Shown in pieces: positions 21,766 to 28,874 of a stretch of 64,000 nucleotides of DNA. Both the position numbers and the translations under genes were made by a program. Numbering within the stretch: position 1 is the stretch's first letter; the number at the start of each line of letters is the position of its first letter. The notes under the pieces are model-generated. The model did no database searches. It was not told where the DNA came from and saw only the letters and a list, made by a program, of their open reading frames with translations. This DNA is from an uncultured Clostridia bacterium (GTDB lineage Bacteria; Bacillota; Clostridia; Oscillospirales; QAKW01). The stretch covers positions 57,032 to 121,031 of the forward strand of contig CALGEL010000059.1 in the NCBI GenBank assembly GCA_937881855.1. The letters run 5' to 3'.

Positions 21766-22923
21766 TTACTTTTTAATGCAACGAACACGAAGCACACCAT
21801 CGACAGAAGAAAGCGTATCAATAACGCGATCGGCGATATCGGTATCACAATCAATCATAGTGTATGCATATTCGCCCTTAGATTTATTGATCAGGTTTTC
21901 GATGTTTACGCCAACAGCGGAAACAATGGTCGAAAGAGCGGAAAGCATATTGGGGATGTTGCGATGGCAGATGCAGATGCGCAATGCAGAAGCAAAAGGC
22001 GTGGAAACTGCAGGATAGTTTACAGAGTTTGTAATATTACCGTTTTCCAAATAGTCGCGCAATTCCTTGACAGCCATAACTGCACAGTTATCTTCGCTTT
22101 CGGGAGTGGAAGCGCCAAGATGGGGGATAGGAATAGCATTTTTCATCTTCAATGTATTGGCATTGGGGAAATCGGTGACATATTTTGCAACTTTTCCGCT
22201 TTCCAACGCTTCTGCCATATCTTCGTCGCAAACCAGATCGGCACGAGAAAGATTCAAAATGCGAACGCCATCCTTCATAGTCGCAATCGTTTCTTTGTTG
22301 ATGCTATGTTTGGTTTCGGGGGTTAAAGGTGCATGCAAGCAAATGTAATCACATTCGGAATAGATCTCATTGATATCTGCAGCCTTTTGCACATGATGGT
22401 TTAGATTCCATGCGGATTGAAGAGAAATATAGGGGTCATATCCATATACTTTCATACCGAGATGTTGGGCTGCGTTCGCAACCAAAACACCGATGGCACC
22501 CAAACCGATGATTCCAAGCTTTTTGCCCATAATTTCGGGACCGACAAATTGAGATTTACCTTTTTCAACCTGCTTTGCCACATCGTCGCCGGTTATGGTT
22601 TTTGCCCATTCAATTCCACCGACAACATCTCTCGAAGCGAGAAGCAGAGCGGTGATAGCAAGTTCCTTAACAGCATTTGCATTTGCACCGGGAGTATTGA
22701 AGACAACGATACCCTTTTCTGCGCAAGCGTCCAAGGGAATGTTGTTTACACCGGCACCTGCGCGGGCAATGCCCAGCAGGGAAGCGGGGAAATCCATTTC
22801 ATGCAGAGAAGCGCTGCGCACCAAGATACCGTCGGGGGTATCGCAAGTGTCGCAGATTTCATACTTGCCGTCAAATCCGTCTAAACCGATTTTTGCAATT
22901 TTGTTTAAAGTTTGGATAATCAT
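21766..22923 (-). CDS. serA: D-3-phosphoglycerate dehydrogenase with C-terminal ACT domain
   Basis: LGIIGLGAIG (NAD site), the 2-hydroxyacid dehydrogenase signature HLGASTPES, and an ACT-like tail. Confidence 0.88.
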   Translation of the reverse strand: MIIQTLNKIAKIGLDGFDGKYEICDTCDTPDGILVRSASLHEMDFPASLLGIARAGAGVNNIPLDACAEKGIVVFNTPGANANAVKELAITALLLASRDVVGGIEWAKTITGDDVAKQVEKGKSQFVGPEIMGKKLGIIGLGAIGVLVANAAQHLGMKVYGYDPYISLQSAWNLNHHVQKAADINEIYSECDYICLHAPLTPETKHSINKETIATMKDGVRILNLSRADLVCDEDMAEALESGKVAKYVTDFPNANTLKMKNAIPIPHLGASTPESEDNCAVMAVKELRDYLENGNITNSVNYPAVSTPFASALRICICHRNIPNMLSALSTIVSAVGVNIENLINKSKGEYAYTMIDCDTDIADRVIDTLSSVDGVLRVRCIKK

Positions 22924-22925
22924 AA

Positions 22926-24005
22926 TTACTTGTTTTCCTCTTCGAATTTCTTCATAAAGTTGACCAATGCTTCAACACCTTCATAGGGCATCGCATTATA
23001 GATGCTGGCGCGCATGCCACCAACTGAACGGTGACCTTTGATATTAACAAAGCCGTTGTTGGTACATTCAGCGATAAACTTTTTATCGAGCTCATCGTTG
23101 CCGGTAACAAAGGGAACGTTCATCAAAGAACGAGATTCGCCCATAACGGTGGGGTGGAACATTGCGGATTGATCCAAGAAGTCATAAAGGAGTTTTGCCT
23201 TACGCTTGTTTTGTTCCTCGAGAACTTTGATGCCGCCAAGGCTTTCAATCCATTCCAACACCAACTTTAAAATATAGATGGCATATGTGGGCGGAGTGTT
23301 GAACATAGAGCCATTTTCAGAATGGGTTGAGTATTTAAACATGGTCGGAGTGATTTCTTGAGCCTCTCCAATCAGATCTTTGCGAATGATAACAACGGTC
23401 AATCCTGCAGGGCCCATATTTTTTTGCGCGCCGGCATAAATCATACCGAATTTAGATACATCGATCTCTTCGCTTAAAATGGAAGAAGACATATCGGCAA
23501 CCAAGGGTACATTGCCGGTTTCGGGCAGTTTATAGTATTTAGTTCCGTAAATGGTATTATTATAGCAGATATGGAAGTAATCTGCATCCTTATCAAAATC
23601 GTCGCTGTTTAATTCGGGAATATAGGAGAAGGTTTTATCTTCGCTGGAAGCAACTGCTCTGCATTCGCCGTAACGGCAACCTTCTTTATAGGCTTTTTTC
23701 GCCCATTGACCGGTAATAACATAGTCTGCCTTACCATTCTTTGTCATTAAGTTTAAAGGGATCATCGCAAATTGGCTGGAAGCACCGCCTTGCAAGAAAA
23801 GAACCTCATAATTTTCGGGAATGGAAAGAACTTTGCGAAGAAGACTTTCCGCAGATTCAATGATGGCACCATACTCTTTGGAACGATGGCTCATTTCCAT
23901 AACAGACTGACCGGAAGTACCATATTCTGTCATCTCTTTTGCGGCCTTTTCAAGCACTTCCAGCGGAAGCATGGAGGGACCGGCGGAAAAATTATAAACT
24001 CTCAT
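22926..24005 (-). CDS. serC: phosphoserine aminotransferase
   Basis: MRVYNFSAGPSMLP, FLQGGAS, YAGAQKNMGPAG (PLP Lys), HRSVGGMRASIYNA. Confidence 0.93.
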   Translation of the reverse strand: MRVYNFSAGPSMLPLEVLEKAAKEMTEYGTSGQSVMEMSHRSKEYGAIIESAESLLRKVLSIPENYEVLFLQGGASSQFAMIPLNLMTKNGKADYVITGQWAKKAYKEGCRYGECRAVASSEDKTFSYIPELNSDDFDKDADYFHICYNNTIYGTKYYKLPETGNVPLVADMSSSILSEEIDVSKFGMIYAGAQKNMGPAGLTVVIIRKDLIGEAQEITPTMFKYSTHSENGSMFNTPPTYAIYILKLVLEWIESLGGIKVLEEQNKRKAKLLYDFLDQSAMFHPTVMGESRSLMNVPFVTGNDELDKKFIAECTNNGFVNIKGHRSVGGMRASIYNAMPYEGVEALVNFMKKFEEENK

Positions 24006-24042
24006 TTAAATCTCACCTTTCTTGAGTTGTTATATAAATACT

Positions 24043-24071
24043 ATTATAGTTCTTAAATATATGATTGTCAA
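24043..24071 (-). promoter_or_regulatory. sigmaA promoter of serC-serA
   Basis: The minus strand reads TTGACA, a 17-nt spacer, then TATAAT. The short leader leaves no room for a T-box. Confidence 0.75.
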
Positions 24072-24125
24072 CTTAAAAAACATTGAAAATATGTGTTTTT
24101 ATGATTGATTTTGTTTCCAAATTTA

Positions 24126-24154
24126 TTGTCAATTTATCTTTTATGTGTTATAAT
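24126..24154 (+). promoter_or_regulatory. sigmaA promoter of the DRTGG/kinase/HydS-like operon
   Basis: TTGTCA, a 17-nt spacer, then TATAAT with an extended TGt. Confidence 0.7.
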
Positions 24155-24215
24155 TTTTTATAAGAGCAAAATTTTTAAAGGAAGAGTATATTTTTTACAT
24201 AAGGAGTTAGAAAAA

Positions 24216-24572
24216 ATGAAGTTGTCGAAGGTAAAGGAATTGCTGGATGCGGAGGTTCTCTGTTGCGAAGAAGGGTTGGAGGAAGAAGCAAAGAATGCTT
24301 GTGGGTCCGATATGATGAGTGATGTTCTGGCGTTTGTTAAGGATCAGAGCATTTTGCTGACCGGCCTTGTGAATCCGCAGACTGTGCGAACTGCGCAGAT
24401 GATGGATATTAAGTACATTGTTTTCGTTCGTGGAAAGCGTCCGGATGAATCGGTGATCTCCTTGGCGAAGGAGAATGGAATTATGGTTATGGCGACCAAC
24501 TATCGCTTATATACTGCCTGTGGTTTGCTCTATGCAAACGGATTATATAGTGAAGGAATTGATAAAGTATAA
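24216..24572 (+). CDS. DRTGG domain protein
   Basis: The 118-aa ORF carries GSDMMSDVLAF..SILLTGL. AAGGAG is 9 nt upstream of the ATG at 24216. The ORF-track start 24105 overlaps the promoter. Confidence 0.75.
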   Translation: MKLSKVKELLDAEVLCCEEGLEEEAKNACGSDMMSDVLAFVKDQSILLTGLVNPQTVRTAQMMDIKYIVFVRGKRPDESVISLAKENGIMVMATNYRLYTACGLLYANGLYSEGIDKV

Positions 24573-24991
24573 TGGGACCGATTATTTTAACATATCATGT
24601 GGACGGAGAGGATTTTGCCAACGCCGGCGAAGCTTCGTCTGCTACTAAAAAAACTTTAAAACAGCTTGGTTTTTCTCCTGATGTCATTCGGAAAGTTTCT
24701 ATTGCTATGTATGAAGCCGAAATCAATATGGTGATCCACGCGGAGGGCGGGGAGGCTACTGTTGAGATTTCGCAGGATTTAATTCGTATCGTTTTGGCAG
24801 ACCGCGGTCCGGGTATAAAAGACATCGACCTGGCTATGCGAGAAGGATATTCGACCGCGCCGGAGGAGGTTCGCAATCTCGGATTTGGTGCCGGTATGGG
24901 TTTACCTAATATTAAGAAATATTCCGATGATTTGAAGATTGACTCCATCCCCGGCGTGGGAACAACATTGACCATTCTTATCAATATTTAA
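24572..24991 (+). CDS. RsbW/SpoIIAB-like GHKL ATPase (anti-sigma-type Ser/Thr kinase fold)
   Basis: N-box EAEINMVIHA, G1 DRGPGI, G2 GFGAGMGL. TAATG junction with the upstream gene. Confidence 0.8.
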   Translation: MGPIILTYHVDGEDFANAGEASSATKKTLKQLGFSPDVIRKVSIAMYEAEINMVIHAEGGEATVEISQDLIRIVLADRGPGIKDIDLAMREGYSTAPEEVRNLGFGAGMGLPNIKKYSDDLKIDSIPGVGTTLTILINI

Positions 24992-25003
24992 CGAGGTGAA
25001 AAA

Positions 25004-26260
25004 ATGGATTATTTCCATTCAGTTACATTGGATGCTGATCGTTGTAAGGGATGCATAACTTGCGTTAAGCGTTGCCCGACGGAAGCGATACGCGTTAAAA
25101 ACGGCAAAGCTACAATTATCAAGGAACGTTGCATTGATTGCGGTGAGTGTATACGTGTTTGCCCTCACCATGCGAAAAAAGCGGTTTTTGATCGATTAGA
25201 GCAATTGGACCAATATGAATATAAAGTTGCTTTGCCTGCGCCTGCTTTGTTTGGACAGTTTAATAATCTTGAAAATGTAGATTTTGTATTAAATGGTTTA
25301 TTGGACATTGGTTTTGATGATATTTTTGAAGTGGCGCGTGCCGCAGAATTAGTTTCTGAATGTACGCGAAAACGATTAGAAGAGCCGAATTGTCCGAAAC
25401 CCTTGATTTCTTCTGCATGTCCTGCGATTGTTCGTCTGATTCGTGTTCGCTTTCCGGAATTAATTTCCCAACTTTTGATGGTTCGCGCTCCGGTCGAGAT
25501 TGCTGCGGGAATTGCCCGTCGAGAGGCAATGAAAAAAACAGGTCTTCCTTCCGAAAAAATCGGTGTTTTCTTTATCTCGCCCTGCCCCGCAAAGGTGACA
25601 GCGGTGCGCCAACCGTTAGGTACGAATATCTCCGGGATTGATGGCGTTTTAGCGATTTCCGATGTGTATAAACCGTTACTGAATGCTATGAACAAAATTG
25701 AGCAACCCAAATCACTTTCTGAGTGTGGATTGACCGGAATTTCTTGGGCTTATACCGGCGGTGAAGCGACCTCTTTGCTTCGTAACCGCTATCTTGCGGC
25801 CGACGGAATGGAGAATGTGATTAAGATCCTTGAAGAAATTGAAGACAATAAACTAATGGACCTTGATTTCATCGAATTAGGTGCTTGCAACGCAGGATGT
25901 GTCGGCGGCTGCTTGAATATTGAAAACCCTTATATTGCGCTGACAAGGATTCGTCAAGTGCGAAAATATATGCCTGTTTCAAATAATCGGATAAAAGATT
26001 TTTCCCTTCCGGATGATGCTTATCTTTGCAACAAACAAATTGAATATGATCCCGTGTTGCAATTAGATACAGATTTGGGGCGTGCATTTCAAAAAATGCA
26101 AGAGATTCAAAAACTTGAAAAGCAACTTCCCGGCATCGATTGCGCCGCTTGCGGTGCACCGTCTTGCCATACTTTCGCCGTAGACGTTATCAACGGAAGT
26201 GCGCAAAAATCGGATTGTTTGATTCTTTTGAAAAATCAGATGAAGGATAATGAAGAATAA
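25004..26260 (+). CDS. [FeFe]-hydrogenase-like protein with variant H-cluster motifs (putative sensory HydS-type, no PAS domain)
   Basis: It has 2x CxxCxxCxxxCP ferredoxin motifs. The H-domain motifs are ISSACPA (L1 variant), ISPCPAKV (L2 variant) and ELGACNAGCVGG (L3). A C-terminal CAACGAPSC-x16-C resembles the RnfB-type Fe-S motif. Confidence 0.8.
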   Translation: MDYFHSVTLDADRCKGCITCVKRCPTEAIRVKNGKATIIKERCIDCGECIRVCPHHAKKAVFDRLEQLDQYEYKVALPAPALFGQFNNLENVDFVLNGLLDIGFDDIFEVARAAELVSECTRKRLEEPNCPKPLISSACPAIVRLIRVRFPELISQLLMVRAPVEIAAGIARREAMKKTGLPSEKIGVFFISPCPAKVTAVRQPLGTNISGIDGVLAISDVYKPLLNAMNKIEQPKSLSECGLTGISWAYTGGEATSLLRNRYLAADGMENVIKILEEIEDNKLMDLDFIELGACNAGCVGGCLNIENPYIALTRIRQVRKYMPVSNNRIKDFSLPDDAYLCNKQIEYDPVLQLDTDLGRAFQKMQEIQKLEKQLPGIDCAACGAPSCHTFAVDVINGSAQKSDCLILLKNQMKDNEE

Positions 26261-26592
26261 TGAATGTTCATGAACTTGCTTTGGCATGTGGATTTACATA
26301 TTTTAACGGAGAAAATTTGCAAGCATCTAAGGTTGAAGGTGCATATTGCTGCGATCTGCTTTCTTGGGTAATCGGAAGAGCGGAGGAAACGGATGCATTG
26401 GTAACTGTGATGTCTAATCCCAATGTTGTTGCTGTTGCAGTTATGGCGGAGCTTCCTTGCGTCGTTTTTAGTGAAGGTGTCCGTCCGGATGAGAAGGCCC
26501 TTTTGAAAGCGCGGGAAAATGATGTTATCTTGCTTTCTTCGCAGAAGACAAGTTATGAAACCGCAGTTGCGATCTATAATGCCTTAAAATAA
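26260..26592 (+). CDS. DRTGG domain protein (second copy)
   Basis: The 110-aa ORF carries CCDLLSWVIG..ALVTVMSNPN. TAATG junction. Confidence 0.7.
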   Translation: MNVHELALACGFTYFNGENLQASKVEGAYCCDLLSWVIGRAEETDALVTVMSNPNVVAVAVMAELPCVVFSEGVRPDEKALLKARENDVILLSSQKTSYETAVAIYNALK

Positions 26593-27314
26593 TGAATATA
26601 AAGTATGATTTACATATTCATTCTGCGTTATCTCCTTGCGGTGATGCAGATATGACCCCGAATAATATCGTGAATATGGCGTTGATTTGCGGCTTGGATA
26701 TGATCGCTGTTGCTGATCACAATACTGCGGGAAATGTTGATGCAGTTATAAAGGTTGGCGAAGAAGTCGGCATCGTTGTTGTTCCGGCAATGGAGTTGGA
26801 AACGGCGGAAGAAATTCACGTTTTGTGTTTGTTTTCAAACTTAAACGATGTTTTGCGCTTTGAGAATGAGGTGGTGCGACCGGCACTACCTCCGATTTCC
26901 AACAAAAAAGAGATTTTCGGCGAACAGTTATTGATGGATGAAAAGGATCAAATTGTTGGAGAAGATCCCAGATATTTGCTCAATGCCACGTCCATCTCAT
27001 TAGATGGTTTGCCGGACTTGTTGGAGCAATATAATGGCGTCGCTGTCCCTGCTCATATTGACAAAGAAACCAAAAGTTTGGTTGGTAACTTTGGTATGGT
27101 AGGAGAATATATGGGTTTTAAGGCTTTTGAACTGTCTCGCAGAGTGCAGGAAGGATTTATTGAAGGCACACCGGGGCTTGGATCCAGACCTTATATCTTC
27201 ATTCATGACTCGGATGCCCATTATTTGCAGGATATTGGAGAACACTCCAATGAAAATGTACTAAATCTTCCGGAGAAAACAGCGTCTTCTTTGGTTAATT
27301 ATTTAAAATCTTAA
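26592..27314 (+). CDS. PHP-domain phosphoesterase
   Basis: YDLHIHSALSPCGD, AVADHNT, PAHIDK, HDSDAH. TAATG junction. Confidence 0.8.
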   Translation: MNIKYDLHIHSALSPCGDADMTPNNIVNMALICGLDMIAVADHNTAGNVDAVIKVGEEVGIVVVPAMELETAEEIHVLCLFSNLNDVLRFENEVVRPALPPISNKKEIFGEQLLMDEKDQIVGEDPRYLLNATSISLDGLPDLLEQYNGVAVPAHIDKETKSLVGNFGMVGEYMGFKAFELSRRVQEGFIEGTPGLGSRPYIFIHDSDAHYLQDIGEHSNENVLNLPEKTASSLVNYLKS

Positions 27315-27342
27315 AAAATAGGCAGTTATTTTAAAATTAATG

Positions 27343-27376
27343 TAGAAATTTGATTAATAATGTGATATAATTCATA
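27343..27376 (+). promoter_or_regulatory. promoter of the hydrogenase structural operon with overlapping Rex-like half-palindrome
   Basis: TAGAAA, a 17-nt spacer, then TATAAT (27366-27371) with an extended TGa. TGTGA-N6-TCATA (27361-27376) resembles the Rex operator TGTGA-N6-TCACA with one core mismatch. Confidence 0.45.
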
Positions 27377-27432
27377 TGTTTGCGAAATAGTAAATTACTG
27401 CTACGCAGTCACATACATAAGGAGGATAAAAA

Positions 27433-27927
27433 ATGAGCAACAAGTGTCCCGTTCCCTTTAAGGGAACAAAAGAGCAAGAGCAGATGTTGCAAGCGGTTAT
27501 CGCAAAGCATAAGGATCAAGACGGTCCTTTGATGCCCGTTTTGCAAGAGGCTCAGGAAATCTATGGCTATCTGCCCATCGAAGTGCAAAAAATGATTTCA
27601 GAAGGGTTGGATATTCCTTTGGAGCATATCTATGGTGTTGTGACCTTTTACGCCCAGTTCTCTTTGGCACCCAAGGGAAAATATAAGATCGGTGTCTGCA
27701 TGGGTACCGCTTGCTATGTTAAGGGTTCCGGTGATATTCTGAACAAGATTAAGGAAATCATCGGCATTGAGGTTGGCGAGTGTACTGCTGACGGTAAGTT
27801 CTCTCTTGAAGCTACCCGCTGCATCGGTGCATGCGGTCTGGCCCCGGTTTTGACCATCAATGAAGAAGTTTATGGTCGTTTGGTTGTTGGTGATATTCCT
27901 GAAATTTTGAAAAAATATATGGACTAA
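27433..27927 (+). CDS. hydC: NuoE-like [2Fe-2S] subunit of bifurcating [FeFe] hydrogenase
   Basis: VCMGTACYVKG and RCIGACGLAPV. AAGGAGGA is upstream. Confidence 0.9.
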   Translation: MSNKCPVPFKGTKEQEQMLQAVIAKHKDQDGPLMPVLQEAQEIYGYLPIEVQKMISEGLDIPLEHIYGVVTFYAQFSLAPKGKYKIGVCMGTACYVKGSGDILNKIKEIIGIEVGECTADGKFSLEATRCIGACGLAPVLTINEEVYGRLVVGDIPEILKKYMD

Positions 27928-27933
27928 GCATCC

Positions 27934-28485
27934 ATGAAGGAATTATCACTTAATATTCTTGATATTACGCATAATTCGATCAAAGCCAAGGCGGAACAAA
28001 TTGAAATCTCGATTTTTGAACGGCAATCTGCGAATCTGATCGAAATAATGATTCGGGATGACGGTTGCGGGATGGATGAAGAATTTCTTCGCGGTGTAAC
28101 CGATCCGTTTGTTACAACGAGAACAACGCGAAAAGTCGGATTGGGAATCCCATTATTTAAGCAAAGCGCAGAAGATGCAGGCGGATCCTTTTCCATTTCG
28201 TCTAAAATAGGCGAGGGGACAGAGATTTACGCATCCTTTCGGATCGATCACCTGGACCGTATGCCGATTGGTGATATGAGCAGTACAATGGTTAGTTTGA
28301 TCCAAGCCAATGACCATATTCGTTTTATATATACTCACAAAACGGATGTTGGTGAATTTGTTTTGAATACGGATGACCTTCACGCTCAACTGGGTGATGT
28401 TCCGCTTTCCGAACCGATGGTTTTAAATTGGATTGAAGAATATATCAATGAGAATTTGGAAGACATTCAAGGAGGAAAAATATAA
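27934..28485 (+). CDS. stand-alone GHKL (histidine-kinase-like) ATPase embedded in the hydrogenase operon
   Basis: N-box LDITHNSIKA, G1 DDGCGM, G2 KVGLGIPL. No HisKA, sensor or TM segment. Confidence 0.8.
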   Translation: MKELSLNILDITHNSIKAKAEQIEISIFERQSANLIEIMIRDDGCGMDEEFLRGVTDPFVTTRTTRKVGLGIPLFKQSAEDAGGSFSISSKIGEGTEIYASFRIDHLDRMPIGDMSSTMVSLIQANDHIRFIYTHKTDVGEFVLNTDDLHAQLGDVPLSEPMVLNWIEEYINENLEDIQGGKI

Positions 28486-28860
28486 ATGAAATCTTTAGCT
28501 GAATTGCAAGCGATTAAAGAAAGAATGCAGAACAATGTTATGTTGCGTTCCAACGATGGGGAAGAAACCATTCGCGTCGTTGTCGGTATGGCAACCTGCG
28601 GCATTGCTGCCGGCGCTCGACCGGTATTAAATGCCTTTTTGAAAGAGATCGAAGATCGTCGTCTGAGCAATGTGGTATGCACGCAGACCGGCTGTATCGG
28701 CATTTGCCGCTACGAGCCTGTTGTTGAGATCACTACTCCCGACGGTGTGAAGACCACCTATGTTAAGATGGATGAAGACAAGGTGGCTAAGGTGGTAACC
28801 GAGCATATCGTCAACAATAAGATTGTTCAGGAATTTACCATCGCTGCATACGAAGAATAA
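28486..28860 (+). CDS. thioredoxin-like [2Fe-2S] ferredoxin subunit (HndB-like)
   Basis: VVGMATCGIAAGA and TGCIGICRYEP. It starts immediately after the upstream stop. Confidence 0.85.
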   Translation: MKSLAELQAIKERMQNNVMLRSNDGEETIRVVVGMATCGIAAGARPVLNAFLKEIEDRRLSNVVCTQTGCIGICRYEPVVEITTPDGVKTTYVKMDEDKVAKVVTEHIVNNKIVQEFTIAAYEE

Positions 28861-28874
28861 GGGGGATTTTGAAA

